A stretch of DNA of 24,000 nucleotides from Propionicimonas sp. (GCA_036735445.1 DAINOM010000001.1:65248-89247); one strand, 5' to 3'; shown: positions 7,431 through 22,385, counted from the first letter of the stretch. Notes: generated from the letters alone by a model not told the origin. A program made the numbers and translations.

Positions 7431-7456
7431 ATTGTATGTTGTATTCAGAATCCTGC
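7431..7456 (-). promoter_or_regulatory. Operator copy A plus candidate -10 box, upstream of the GcvPA-like gene
   Basis: The minus strand reads GCAGGATTCTGAATACAACATACAAT. GGATTCTGAATAC (7453..7441) differs from the perfect dyad at 22465-22477 by one base. TACAAT (7436..7431) is a good -10 hexamer. This is an AT-rich island in GC-rich DNA, 44 nt upstream of ATG 7397 and immediately after the GH63-like stop. Confidence 0.55.
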
Positions 7457-9120
7457 TACGCCCACTCGCCCGGGTCAAGGTCTGGCGGGGCGTAGCGGAC
7501 GGCCAGGTCGATGAACAGCGCGGCCGTCCAGCCGAACGCCGGCACGGCGCGCGGGGGCCGGCCCGCGGTGACCGGGTTGAAGTACTCGAACGCTCCGCCG
7601 GCGGCGACGACCATCGCCAGGGTCCGTTCGGCCAGGCGTCGCGCGGCGTCGGGACATCCGCTGCGCCGCAGGCCCTCCACCAGCAGCCAGTTGGTGTTCA
7701 GCCACACCGGACCGCGCCACATCCGCTCGGGATCGAAGGCCGCGTCGGCCAGCGCCACGGTCGGGACTGGGTGGGGCGCGGCGAACGTCGCCGGGTCGCC
7801 CAGCTCGTCGACGACGGCGGCCACGACGTCGGCCGGCAAGGTGCCGGTGAGCAGCGGCAGGAGGTCCAGCACGGTGTGGGACGCGATCGGGCCGCTTCCC
7901 CCTCGTGGGGCGAACCGTCCCGGTTCCGGCTGCCAGAGGCCGAGCAGCCGGGCGCGGGTGTCCTCGGCCCGCAGCCGGTGCGACCCCGCGGCGGCCGCCT
8001 CGCCGAACCCGGCCAGCAGGTCGGCCAGCAGCCGGTCCTGGAGTTCGAGGTAGGCCGCCAGCTCCGGGGTGGCGACCGGGAGCTCGGCGTCGAACACGGG
8101 GCTGTCGTCGAGCCCCGACGAGTACGGATGGCCGTACTCGGGCAGGCCGTCCGCGGCCAGGCAGTGGTCGAACCACCACTGCTGGGAGGCGGCCACCCGG
8201 GCCAGCATCCCGCGCAGCCACTCCCCCGCCGCCCCGCTCTCGGCGAGCCGGACCAGCGCCAGTGCCGCCAGCGGCGGCTTGGTCAACGGGATCGGGGCAT
8301 CCGGGTCGGCGGCCGGCGACGCCAGCTCGCGCAACCGGGCGAGGTCCCCGGGCGGCAGGTCGTCGCTGCCGGCCAGGACGCCGCCGTCATGCACCACATC
8401 GGGCAGCTGGCCGTCCGCCCGCTGGAACCGGACCGCCAGCTCGAACTGCTCCCGCGCGAGGTCGAGGTCGCCGTGGCGCAGCCCGATGGCGATGAAGTAG
8501 GCGTCCCACTGCCACAGCGCGACGTAACCGAGCTTCGACGGCACCACCGCGCGCGAGCCGGGCACGAGGTCGATCTCCACCTGGTTCGCGCCGAGCACCC
8601 ACCAGCAGTGGGCGGCCATCGCCTGCAGGTCGGCCCGGACGGCCGGGCAGCGGGCGAACCAGTCCAGCCATGTGCCGCGGGTGGCGGCGAGGTGGTCGGC
8701 ATGGGCCGCGTGACCGTGCACCCGGACCTGGTGGTCGTCCACCACCAGGCCGATCGCCCGGTCGCCGATCACGGCGTCGATCCGGCCGCCGTCCGGCAGG
8801 TCGACGGCCACGCGGACCGGCACCGCGGCGCCCAGGCTCAGCTCGCACGGCCCCGCGAAGGTGAGGCTGGCCACCCCTCCCCCGAACTCGATCCGGTCCA
8901 CGTGCACGGCGGTCACCGGCAATTCGGTGTTCTTCTCGAACAGCCGCAGCGAACGGACCGCGACCGCATCGTCGGCGGCGACCTCGTACTCGGCCCGGCA
9001 GATCGACAGGCCCACGTCCGTCCGACGCACCAGCAGCCGGGAGCCCGGCAGCGTGAACGGCACCAGCCGCAGGTCGAGGAACGCCGCGGCGGCGTCGGCG
9101 AGCCGTCCGGGCGCGCTCAC
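7456..9120 (-). CDS. (alpha/alpha)6-barrel glycoside hydrolase, GH63 / MGH1-like (mannosylglycerate/glucosylglycerate-hydrolase-like)
   Basis: GTG 9120..9118 overlaps the upstream permease stop (GTGA). Motifs: LWQWDAYFIAIGL (the W-x-W-D-S/A-x-F type), RGPVWLNTNWLLVEGL, and FGWTAALFIDL near the C-terminus. The family call comes from motif memory, not a search. The rest of ORF 7456..9870 is a spurious extension over the permease. Confidence 0.8.
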   Translation of the reverse strand: MSAPGRLADAAAAFLDLRLVPFTLPGSRLLVRRTDVGLSICRAEYEVAADDAVAVRSLRLFEKNTELPVTAVHVDRIEFGGGVASLTFAGPCELSLGAAVPVRVAVDLPDGGRIDAVIGDRAIGLVVDDHQVRVHGHAAHADHLAATRGTWLDWFARCPAVRADLQAMAAHCWWVLGANQVEIDLVPGSRAVVPSKLGYVALWQWDAYFIAIGLRHGDLDLAREQFELAVRFQRADGQLPDVVHDGGVLAGSDDLPPGDLARLRELASPAADPDAPIPLTKPPLAALALVRLAESGAAGEWLRGMLARVAASQQWWFDHCLAADGLPEYGHPYSSGLDDSPVFDAELPVATPELAAYLELQDRLLADLLAGFGEAAAAGSHRLRAEDTRARLLGLWQPEPGRFAPRGGSGPIASHTVLDLLPLLTGTLPADVVAAVVDELGDPATFAAPHPVPTVALADAAFDPERMWRGPVWLNTNWLLVEGLRRSGCPDAARRLAERTLAMVVAAGGAFEYFNPVTAGRPPRAVPAFGWTAALFIDLAVRYAPPDLDPGEWA

Positions 9121-9995
9121 CGTCCGCCCAGCCCCGAGGTGGCCAGGGAGTCGATGATCTTCCGCTGCCCGATCACGAACGCGATCAGCATCGGCACGGT
9201 CGCGATCGCCGACGCGGCCATCACCAGCCCGTAATTGATCGAGCCGAACTGGCCGCGGAAGCTGGTCAGCAGCAGCGGGACGGTGAACAGGTCCGGCGTG
9301 TTCAGCAGCACCAGCGGGAACAGGAAGCTGTTCCACACATCCAGCGCCACGATGATCGCCAGGGCCGCGAGCCCGGGACGCAGGTTGGGCAGCACGATCC
9401 GCCAGAACATCCGCCAGCGGCCGCAGCCGTCGACCCGGGCCGCCTCCTCCAGTTCCCTGGGCAGGGTGAGCACGAACTGCCGCATCAGGAACACCGCGAA
9501 CGGATTGACGAGCATCGCCGGCACGATCAGGGACAGGTGCGAGTCCACCCAGCCGAACCTCGTCATCAGCAGGTAGAACGGGATCAGCGTGACCTGCTTG
9601 GGGATCATCTGGGTGGCGAGGAAGATCACGAACAGCACCTTGGCGCCGCGGAACTCGATCCGGGCGAACGCATAGCCGGCCATCGAAGCGGTGAGCAGCG
9701 TGCCGACCACCGACAGCAGGCAGATGTAGAGGCTGTTCAGGTACGCCTGGCCGAACGGCACCGACGTCCATGCCTGGACGTAGTTGGCGACCGTCCACGG
9801 GCTCGGCAGGAAGCTCAGCGGGTCCTCGAGGAGCTGCGGCAGCGTCTTGAACGACGTCAGCAGCATCCACGCGAACGGGAACACCATGGCCAGGCCGCCG
9901 ACCAGCAGCACGAGGTGCAGGACGAGCTTGCGGGCGCCGCGCCGCGTCCGTCCCGACCCCTGCCGGACGGGTGCGCTTGCCTCGATCACAGCCAT
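9117..9995 (-). CDS. Carbohydrate ABC transporter permease (MalG-like)
   Basis: Starts MAVIEASAP (ATG 9995..9993). Multi-TM protein with the EAA loop LEEAARVDGCGRWRMFWRIVLP. Confidence 0.9.
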   Translation of the reverse strand: MAVIEASAPVRQGSGRTRRGARKLVLHLVLLVGGLAMVFPFAWMLLTSFKTLPQLLEDPLSFLPSPWTVANYVQAWTSVPFGQAYLNSLYICLLSVVGTLLTASMAGYAFARIEFRGAKVLFVIFLATQMIPKQVTLIPFYLLMTRFGWVDSHLSLIVPAMLVNPFAVFLMRQFVLTLPRELEEAARVDGCGRWRMFWRIVLPNLRPGLAALAIIVALDVWNSFLFPLVLLNTPDLFTVPLLLTSFRGQFGSINYGLVMAASAIATVPMLIAFVIGQRKIIDSLATSGLGGR

Positions 9996-9997
9996 GC

Positions 9998-10927
9998 TCA
10001 CTCGCTCTCGTAGTGCACGAAGCGCTTCTGGGCGGCGAACTGCAGCCCGGTGATCACCAGGGTGAGCACCAGCAGGATCACCGACGCGGCACTGGACGGA
10101 CCGAACTCGAAGCGTCCGAAGCCGAGGTCGTAGATGTGGTAGACGATCGTGCGGGTGGCGTTGTCCGGTCCGGCGTCCGCGGTGAGGACGAAGACCGTGT
10201 CGAAGGTCTGCAGCGACGAGATGAACGCCACGACCGTGGAGAAGAAGATGATCGGCGAGATGAGCGGCATCCGGATCCGGGTGAGCAGCGACCAGGCGCC
10301 GGCGCCGTCCAGCTGCGCGGCCTCCACCACGGACGGCGAGATGCCCTGCAGCCCGGCGAGGAAGATCACCGAGTTCAGGCCCACCGAGCTCCAGATGGTC
10401 ACGATGCACACCGAGACCAGCGCGAGCCGGGGGTCGCCCAGCCAGTCCGGCGGATCGATGCCGAACGTGCTGCCGATGAAGCTGCTGAGCACGCCGTCGG
10501 CGCGGAACAGCTGCTGCCAGATCATCGCGACCGCGACCGTGCTGGTCACCACCGGGGCGAAGAACAGCACCAGGTAGAGCGATCGTGTCCGCAGCTTCTC
10601 CAGTGCCACCGCGATCAGCAGCGCGAGCGCCAGGCCCACCGGGACGGTGATCAGGGCGATCAGCAGCGTGTTCACGATGGACTTCAGCAGCAGTTCGTCG
10701 GTGAGCTGGTCGATGAAGTTCGCCAGCCCCACCCACTTCAGTGCGGTCAGCCCGTCCCAGGACGCGAAGGCCAGCACGAGGCTGGCCACGAACGGCCCGA
10801 GGATGAACAGCACCATGCCGACCAGCTGCGGGCCGACGAACACCCAGCCCCAGCGCCGGTCGCGCCGGCGCCACGCCGCGGGGCGGCGGACGGTCGACAC
10901 GACCGGCGTGGGGCGAGGCGTCGTCAC
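9998..10927 (-). CDS. Carbohydrate ABC transporter permease (MalF-like)
   Basis: GTG 10927..10925 overlaps the binding-protein stop (GTGA). EAA loop VVEAAQLDGAGAWSLLTRIRMPL. The stop lies 2 nt before the next ATG. Confidence 0.9.
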   Translation of the reverse strand: MTTPRPTPVVSTVRRPAAWRRRDRRWGWVFVGPQLVGMVLFILGPFVASLVLAFASWDGLTALKWVGLANFIDQLTDELLLKSIVNTLLIALITVPVGLALALLIAVALEKLRTRSLYLVLFFAPVVTSTVAVAMIWQQLFRADGVLSSFIGSTFGIDPPDWLGDPRLALVSVCIVTIWSSVGLNSVIFLAGLQGISPSVVEAAQLDGAGAWSLLTRIRMPLISPIIFFSTVVAFISSLQTFDTVFVLTADAGPDNATRTIVYHIYDLGFGRFEFGPSSAASVILLVLTLVITGLQFAAQKRFVHYESE

Positions 10928-12249
10928 GATCCGATCTTCTCCTTGGCCAGGGCAGCCACCGCGTCCAGCGTGCCCTGTGCGTCGGCCTTGCCCTGGTAGA
11001 GCTTCAGGAACAGGTCGCTGATGTCGGACGACAGGCCGGGAACCTTCGCCTCGGCGGGGTAGTTCACGAAGCCGATGTTGCGGGCGTCGAGAAGGCTCTG
11101 GGCGTTCGCCGGGTAGTTGTCCTCGAGCACCACCTCGTCGGCGCCCTTCACGGACGGGACGGCGTTGCCGCCGCCGGCCAGCCGGAACTTCTGGCCCTCG
11201 GCGTTCAGGAACTCGCTCCAGAACAGGAAGGCCGCGTCGGGGTTCTTCGAGTTCTTGTTGATCGCCAGGTAGGACGCGGCGACGCCGGTCGGAGCGGCCT
11301 TGCCGTCCGCGGTCGGCCAGCGGACGACGTCGTAGTCGGCCTGCACTCCGGCGGACTTCAGCGTGCCGATCGTGTAGCGGCCCTGGACGAAGAAGCCTGC
11401 CTTGTGCCGGACGAAGATGCTGTCGGCGCCGGCGCCTTCGGGCAGGGTGTCGGCGACCACGAAGGTCTTGTCCTGGAAGTACTTGCCGAGGGTGGTCACC
11501 GCGTCCACGGTCTTGGGATCGGTGTTGCCGACGAAGCTGTCGCCGTCGTAGGCCTTGCCGCCCTGGGCGGAGATCCAGCTGTAGTGGGTCGCCCAGTAGT
11601 TCCAGTACATGGAACCGGTGAGGCCGGCAGCCTTGAGCTTGTCGTTCATCTCCAGGAAGGTGGCCGTCGTCCACTGGTCGCTGGCGGCCAGGGTGGCCGG
11701 ATCCTCGGTGATGCCGGCGGCGGCGAGCGCCTTCTTGTCGTACCAGAACAGGTCCGGGTTCACGTCGTTGGGGGCGGCGTAGATCTCGCCGTCGACCTGC
11801 GCGGCGCCGAACAGCCCGTCGAAGAAGACGTCCTTGGTGATCTTGCTGCCGGGAGCGGCCATCCGCTCGTTCAGCGGCAGCAGGACGTTGGCGCTGGCGA
11901 ACTGGCCGAGCTTGTCGTCGCCGATGTAGAACACGTCGGGCGCGGTGTTGCTGGTCAGCTGGGCGAGCAGCTTGGAGTGGTAGTCGGAGTACGACGCGAC
12001 CGGGTTCAGGGTCACCTTGATCTGCGGGTACTTCTTCATGAACTGGGTGTTGAAGTCCTTGAAGCGGGTCAGCTCCTCAGGCGTCCCCCAGGTGGACCAC
12101 ACCACGGCGCCGGAGGGCGCGCTGTCGCTGCCGCCGGTGGTCGGCGCGGGGGCCTGGCCACCGCCGCCGCTGCACCCGGCGAAGCCGAGCGCCAGTGCAC
12201 TCGCCGCCACGCCGGCAAGGATCTTCAGGGTTCGTGAGCGCATCGACAT
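10924..12249 (-). CDS. Extracellular sugar-binding lipoprotein of the ABC transporter
   Basis: Start at MSMRSRTLKILAGVAASALALGFAGCSGG (signal peptide plus lipobox GFAGC). ATG 12249 (or 12243), with GAGAGG upstream. Typical family-1 solute-binding protein length and sequence. Confidence 0.9.
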   Translation of the reverse strand: MSMRSRTLKILAGVAASALALGFAGCSGGGGQAPAPTTGGSDSAPSGAVVWSTWGTPEELTRFKDFNTQFMKKYPQIKVTLNPVASYSDYHSKLLAQLTSNTAPDVFYIGDDKLGQFASANVLLPLNERMAAPGSKITKDVFFDGLFGAAQVDGEIYAAPNDVNPDLFWYDKKALAAAGITEDPATLAASDQWTTATFLEMNDKLKAAGLTGSMYWNYWATHYSWISAQGGKAYDGDSFVGNTDPKTVDAVTTLGKYFQDKTFVVADTLPEGAGADSIFVRHKAGFFVQGRYTIGTLKSAGVQADYDVVRWPTADGKAAPTGVAASYLAINKNSKNPDAAFLFWSEFLNAEGQKFRLAGGGNAVPSVKGADEVVLEDNYPANAQSLLDARNIGFVNYPAEAKVPGLSSDISDLFLKLYQGKADAQGTLDAVAALAKEKIGS

Positions 12250-12281
12250 GTGGTTGGGCCTCTCTGCTCGGATGACGCTTG

Positions 12282-12315
12282 CTGTATTTTGCATACAGTG
12301 TTCGGATCACGTCAA
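12282..12315 (-). promoter_or_regulatory. Operator copy B overlapping a candidate promoter of the ABC operon
   Basis: Dyad CTGTAT-TTTGC-ATACAG at 12282-12298. The minus strand reads TTGACG (12315..12310), then 18 nt, then CAAAAT (12291..12286), so the dyad covers the -10 region. 33 nt upstream of ATG 12249. Confidence 0.5.
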
Positions 12316-12393
12316 TGACCCTTACCGAATCGTTACCTGACGACGGCTCCCCTCCCCGCCCTGGTCATCCCGGCGAGCCCTGGTGCCGCGGCG

Positions 12394-12818
12394 TCACCCC
12401 TCGACGGTGACGCGGAGCACGACGACCCGGCCCCCGACTGCCACGTCGCGGACGGCCTCGTGCTCCTCGATGAGGGCGATCTCATCCGTCCCCAGGTCGA
12501 AGCGCTCCCCCGAACCGGTGAAGTGTTGCCGGTCGGTGAGGTCGCTGTAGTCGTCGCTGGGCTCCAGCCCTGCGACCGGCGCCACCTCGATCATCGCGGT
12601 CCCGTCGAGGACGTACCGTGCCTCCAGATAGCGGCGATGGCCGGTGAGCTCCGGGCAGTCCGGCGTCGTCGTCACGCGATAGGTCAGCGAGTCGCCGATC
12701 GAGTAGGTCACCTCGGGCAGCACGCGGCCGGCCCGTCGGACGGCCTCGGCCACGCGCTGCCATTTCCTGGCTTCACCGAGCGCCGCCTGGAACTCGTTGA
12801 GGTTCGCGAAGCGCTGCA

Positions 12819-12819
<1 letters not shown>
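12394..12819 (-). CDS. YhcH/YjgK/YiaL (EbgC-like, beta-galactosidase beta-subunit family) protein
   Basis: 141-aa ORF immediately downstream of the GH2 gene, with a 1-nt stop/start overlap (TGATG). The size, cupin-like sequence and context match the EbgA/EbgC arrangement. Family call from memory. Confidence 0.8.
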
Positions 12820-16768
<3,949 letters not shown>

Positions 16769-16780
16769 GCACCCGTCCGA

Positions 16781-18706
16781 TCAGGGCGACTGCATCAACC
16801 GGCCGAGCTCGGCGACGAAGTCCTCGAAGGTCCGTCCTCGCTCGACCAGGCGGTTCACGTTCGCCGGCTCCGTCAGGGTGATCACGAGCTGGTCGAAGGT
16901 GTCGCGGAAGAGATTGCGGTCCTCGGCGCTGAACGCGACCAGCAGGACCAGCCGGACGGGCGTGCCCGCCCAGTCGATCGGCTCGTCGAAGGCAGCCACC
17001 GCGATGCTCGTCCGCTCGGCCGGCATGCCGAGGGTGTGCGGGATCGCCACGACGTCGTTGAACGCGGTCGGCGAGAGCCGCTCGCGCTCGTGCACCTGGG
17101 CCAGGAAGTCCTCCGGCACGGCCTCGTGGCGCCGGAGCGCCCCGCAGAGCAGGCCGAGCAGGTCGTCGCGGTCACTCACCCGGGGCGACCGGTAGAACAG
17201 GCCGTCATGGAACAGCTCGTGCAGCTGTCCGACCAGTCGCATCCAGGTGTTCCGCCGTTGCTGGGCGCGCACCTGGACGTCCACGAGGTCGATGTCGGCC
17301 TGACTGAGCAGCGGGCTGATCAGGATCTGCCGGGCCGGATGGAGACCGGGCACGGGGAGCGGGCTGACCACCAACTCGCCAGTGACGTCCCCGGCGTCCG
17401 GCTCGCCGGTCTCGATGATCTGGTCGATCACGATCCGGTCGCCGAGCTGGGCGGTGAGCCGCTCGGCGATGCGCTGGGTGAGGTCGTGGTAGCCCGGCGC
17501 CACGAGCGTGATCGCGATCTGGTCGCGTCCGTCGCGGCGCCGGTCGAGCGCCGCGCCGAGGTGGAAGGCGATGAACCCCACCTCGTCGGCGTGGACCGGC
17601 ACACCGGTCTCCTGCTCGAGCTCGCGGGTGAAGAACACGGCCAGCTCGTGGACCAGCGGATGGCCCTTCCGGATCGCCGCCGCCAGCGGATTGGGCTGGG
17701 GGCGGCCCGCCTGGGCCCGGAGCAGCAGGTTGTGGGTGTGCAGCGCGAGGCTGGCCACGAAGGCGTCGTCGGTCAGGTCGACGAGATAGGTCTCATCCAG
17801 CTTCGTCAGGATGCGCCGCACCAGGCTCACCAGCTCCGGACCGACATGGTCGACCACCACGTCCCGGTCGGTCGCCCCGCGCAACAGCGTGGTCTTGCTC
17901 GCCACCAGCAGGGCCACCGCCTCGGTCTCCGCGGCGCTGAAGCGCACGCCATACGCCTGCGACAGGTAGCTCGTGATCTCCCGCGCGGCTCCGGCCAGCC
18001 GCGTGTCGGCCTGGGCGGCGGTGTCGGAACCGGCCTCGCCCAGGGTGTAGTCGTCGGTGATCCGGTCGACGGCGATCACCAGGTCCAGGATGAGCGGGTT
18101 GAGCGCGTAGTCGTTGCAGTGCAGCCCGTTCGTGCTCAGCGCTCGCGCCACGTGCCGCTTGATCTGGCGGACGTCGTAGGAGGCGTAGGCGGACTCCAGC
18201 CTCGACGTGGCCAGCATCGCGCCGGGGTTCGCGGCGTCGGTGGTCGCCTGCCGCATCAACCGGCGCTGGTCGGTCTCCCGTCCCTCCGCGCGCACGATGT
18301 CGCCGCTGCGCAGGACGGTCACCTCGTGCCGTTCGGCCAGCTCGGTGATCCGCCGCAGGTCGTTGTCGATGGTGGACTCGCTCACCCCCAGCTCGTTGGC
18401 CAGGTCGTAGACGCTGACCGGTTCGGGACTGGTGAGGATCCGGCGCAGCACGGTGTACGCGCGTTGCGGCGCCGGAGCACCGCCGGGCGCGGACGGCTCG
18501 ACCGCGCGCGAGGACGTCGCGGGCGTCAGCCGATAGCCCTTGGCCGTCCGCTCCACCAACGCCTCCTCCGCACCTCCGTTCAGGGCGGTGATGTAGTTGC
18601 GGACGCTGCGGCTGGTCACCCCGAGCGCGGCAGCCAGCTCAGCGGACGTCCACGTGCCGGGGTGGGCGCCGAGCCAGGCGAGCAGCCGCTGCGGACCGTC
18701 ATCCAT
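16781..18706 (-). CDS. PRD-domain transcriptional regulator (LicR/MtlR/BglG-family activator with a PTS EIIA-2-like C-terminus)
   Basis: 641 aa. Two N-terminal HTH segments (SAELAAALGVTSRSVRNYI and VYDLANELGVSESTIDNDL), central PRD-like helical repeats with conserved His (LALHTHNLLLRA, FIAFHLGAAL), and a C-terminal EIIA-2-like region with VVAIPH. Divergent from the PTS operon. Confidence 0.88.
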   Translation of the reverse strand: MDDGPQRLLAWLGAHPGTWTSAELAAALGVTSRSVRNYITALNGGAEEALVERTAKGYRLTPATSSRAVEPSAPGGAPAPQRAYTVLRRILTSPEPVSVYDLANELGVSESTIDNDLRRITELAERHEVTVLRSGDIVRAEGRETDQRRLMRQATTDAANPGAMLATSRLESAYASYDVRQIKRHVARALSTNGLHCNDYALNPLILDLVIAVDRITDDYTLGEAGSDTAAQADTRLAGAAREITSYLSQAYGVRFSAAETEAVALLVASKTTLLRGATDRDVVVDHVGPELVSLVRRILTKLDETYLVDLTDDAFVASLALHTHNLLLRAQAGRPQPNPLAAAIRKGHPLVHELAVFFTRELEQETGVPVHADEVGFIAFHLGAALDRRRDGRDQIAITLVAPGYHDLTQRIAERLTAQLGDRIVIDQIIETGEPDAGDVTGELVVSPLPVPGLHPARQILISPLLSQADIDLVDVQVRAQQRRNTWMRLVGQLHELFHDGLFYRSPRVSDRDDLLGLLCGALRRHEAVPEDFLAQVHERERLSPTAFNDVVAIPHTLGMPAERTSIAVAAFDEPIDWAGTPVRLVLLVAFSAEDRNLFRDTFDQLVITLTEPANVNRLVERGRTFEDFVAELGRLMQSP

Positions 18707-18781
18707 CCACGCCCCCTCTCGCCGGCCTCGTCACCAGGGTCCATTGTTGGCCCCAGCCCGCGCGTCCGCGAACAGCGCCGT

Positions 18782-18796
18782 TTCCGCGACGCGGAA
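18782..18796. promoter_or_regulatory. Perfect palindrome TTCCGCG-A-CGCGGAA in the regulator/PTS divergent region (candidate binding site)
   Basis: Seen directly. It is followed by a second small dyad, CAGCA-C-TGCTG. Sits ~95 nt upstream of the EIIB ATG. Any functional role is inferred. Confidence 0.25.
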
Positions 18797-18890
18797 GCAG
18801 CACTGCTGGTGGGCATCGGCCGGACGCCGCACGCTGGAGCAGAATCAACCCCGGCATGGACGCCGGGACCTCAGGATCAGGAGACGAACG

Positions 18891-19214
18891 ATGACGACAC
18901 GAGTTCTCGTGGTCTGCGGCGGAGGGGCCTCCAGCGGCTTCCTCGCCCAGAGCATCCGGAAAGCCGCCAAACAGGCCGGCACGGAGTTGGTGGTGGACGC
19001 CCGCAGCGAGACGGAGGTCGACGAGTACGTCGACCGCATCGAGGTACTGCTGATCGGTCCGCACCTCGCCTACATGGAGGACAAGCTGCGGGCGAAGGTC
19101 GAACCGCGCGGGATCAAGGTGGCGCTGCTGCCGCACAAGATCTACGGCCGCCTCGACGGCGCCGGCGCGTTCAGGCTCGTGCAGGACCTGATCGGGACGG
19201 AGGCCCAGGCATGA
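18891..19214 (+). CDS. PTS EIIB component, lactose/cellobiose family
   Basis: Starts MTTRVLVVCGGGASSGFLA (active-site Cys in the VCGGG context), 107 aa, with CAGGAG upstream. The longer ORF 18597..19214 is rejected. Confidence 0.88.
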   Translation: MTTRVLVVCGGGASSGFLAQSIRKAAKQAGTELVVDARSETEVDEYVDRIEVLLIGPHLAYMEDKLRAKVEPRGIKVALLPHKIYGRLDGAGAFRLVQDLIGTEAQA

Positions 19215-20512
19215 GGTCGGTCAACGGATGGATGGAGTCGCTCACCGACTACATGACGGAGAAGTTCGCGCCCTGGGCCAACCGGGTGACCGGCAACCTC
19301 TGGGTGAAGTCGCTGCAGGAAGCGATCATGGCCGTCGTGCCGATGATCCTGGTCGGCTCGCTGATCACCCTGGTCTCGATCCTGAACAACTTCGTCTCGT
19401 GGATGCCCAACCTGAACCCGATCAACCAGTTCTCGTTCGGGCTGATGGGCCTGTTCGTGGCCTTCCTGATCCCCTACCAGGTGATGCAGCACAAGGACTT
19501 CCGCGACCGCCGGCTGGTGGCCGGCATGACCGGCGCGGCCGTGTTCCTGCTGCTGATCGGGCCTGTCTTCAGTGAGGACGGCGGGTCGATCACCTTCACC
19601 TTCGAGCGCTTCGGCGCCACGGGGATGTTCACCAGCATCCTGGCCGGGCTCGTCGTGGGCGCAGTGTTCAACCTGTTCGCGAGGCTGCGGATGTTCCGGA
19701 ACTCCACCGCGCTGCCGGACTTCATCATCGTCTGGTTCGACTCGATGCTGCCGATCCTGGTCAGCCTGCTGTTCACCTGGCTGCTCGTGGACGTGGCGGG
19801 GCTGGACATCTACGCCGGGCTGCTCGCCCTGTTCTCGCCGCTGACCGCGATCGTGCAGAGCTTCTGGGGCTTCGTCCTGCTCTACTTCATCGGTGCGTTC
19901 CTGTACTCGTTCGGCATGAGCGCCTGGATCCTGTTCCCGCTCATCTACCCGCTGCAGCTGCAGGGCATCCAGGACAACATGGCCGCCGTGGCCGCCGGGC
20001 AGCCCGCCACCAACATCAACACCTGGGAGGTGCTGTACTCGGGCTGGGTCGGCATCGGCGGCATCGGCGCGACCCTCCCCCTGGTGATCATGATGGCCTT
20101 CTGGGCCAGGTCGGCACGGCTGAAGGCCATCGGCCGGGCGTCCCTGGTGCCGGGCATCTTCAACATCAACGAGCCGATCGTGTTCGGCGCCCCGATCGCG
20201 TTCAACCCGATCCTGATGGTGCCGTTCTGGATCAACTCGCTGATCCCGCCGATCCTCACCTACTGGGCGCTCTCCTCCGGACTGGTCGCGATCCCGTCCC
20301 AGGTGTTCCAGATGTGGTACACCCCGTTCCCGTTCGCCACCTGGATCGTCTCCCCCGGCGTGATGAGCCTGCTCCTGCTGGCCGTGGTCGCGGCGCTGGT
20401 CACCCTGACCTGGCTGCCCTTCTTCCGGGCGTACGACCGCCAGGCGCTGGCCGAGGACGAGGCCGAGGACGAACTCGCCACGGCGAGCGACGCTGCGGAG
20501 GTCGTGGCGTGA
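19211..20512 (+). CDS. PTS EIIC component, lactose/cellobiose family
   Basis: ATG 19211 overlaps the EIIB stop (ATGA). 433 aa and multi-TM. Typical type-3 EIIC segments: FNINEPIVFGAPIAFNPILMVPF and the N-terminal KFAPWANRVTGNLWVKSLQEA. Confidence 0.92.
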   Translation: MRSVNGWMESLTDYMTEKFAPWANRVTGNLWVKSLQEAIMAVVPMILVGSLITLVSILNNFVSWMPNLNPINQFSFGLMGLFVAFLIPYQVMQHKDFRDRRLVAGMTGAAVFLLLIGPVFSEDGGSITFTFERFGATGMFTSILAGLVVGAVFNLFARLRMFRNSTALPDFIIVWFDSMLPILVSLLFTWLLVDVAGLDIYAGLLALFSPLTAIVQSFWGFVLLYFIGAFLYSFGMSAWILFPLIYPLQLQGIQDNMAAVAAGQPATNINTWEVLYSGWVGIGGIGATLPLVIMMAFWARSARLKAIGRASLVPGIFNINEPIVFGAPIAFNPILMVPFWINSLIPPILTYWALSSGLVAIPSQVFQMWYTPFPFATWIVSPGVMSLLLLAVVAALVTLTWLPFFRAYDRQALAEDEAEDELATASDAAEVVA

Positions 20513-20529
20513 ACACCGAAGGAACCCTC

Positions 20530-22334
<1,805 letters not shown>

Positions 22335-22385
22335 CACCCCGACCCGCGGCCGAGCGCTCCTCCGCGCAAACGCCCCCGAGGTTCA

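Noticed and set aside
7398-7455. A possible glycine riboswitch upstream of the GcvPA-like gene
   Set aside because: Only 58 nt are available, and they are occupied by the AT-rich operator and -10-like box. That is far too short for a glycine riboswitch aptamer, and no such conserved structure is seen.
9121-9870. N-terminal 250 residues of the 804-aa ORF 7456..9870, giving an apparent longer glycoside hydrolase
   Set aside because: This stretch overlaps the MalG-like permease gene in another frame. The GTG at 9120 gives a GTGA coupling with the permease stop, and the hydrolase-like sequence starts there.
12364-12383. GTCATCCCGGCGAGCCCTGG just downstream of the EbgC-like stop, considered as a fourth REP-like copy
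   Set aside because: Only the first ~13 nt match the unit. There is no complementary CCGGGAT arm and no second unit. It may be a decayed remnant, but it is not supportable as a feature.
17036-19210. The 5' two-thirds of the 1158-aa plus-strand ORF 17036..20512
   Set aside because: It is antisense to the PRD regulator gene and has low-complexity, Arg/Gly/Pro-rich content. Recognisable EIIC sequence starts at ATG 19211, which overlaps the EIIB stop.
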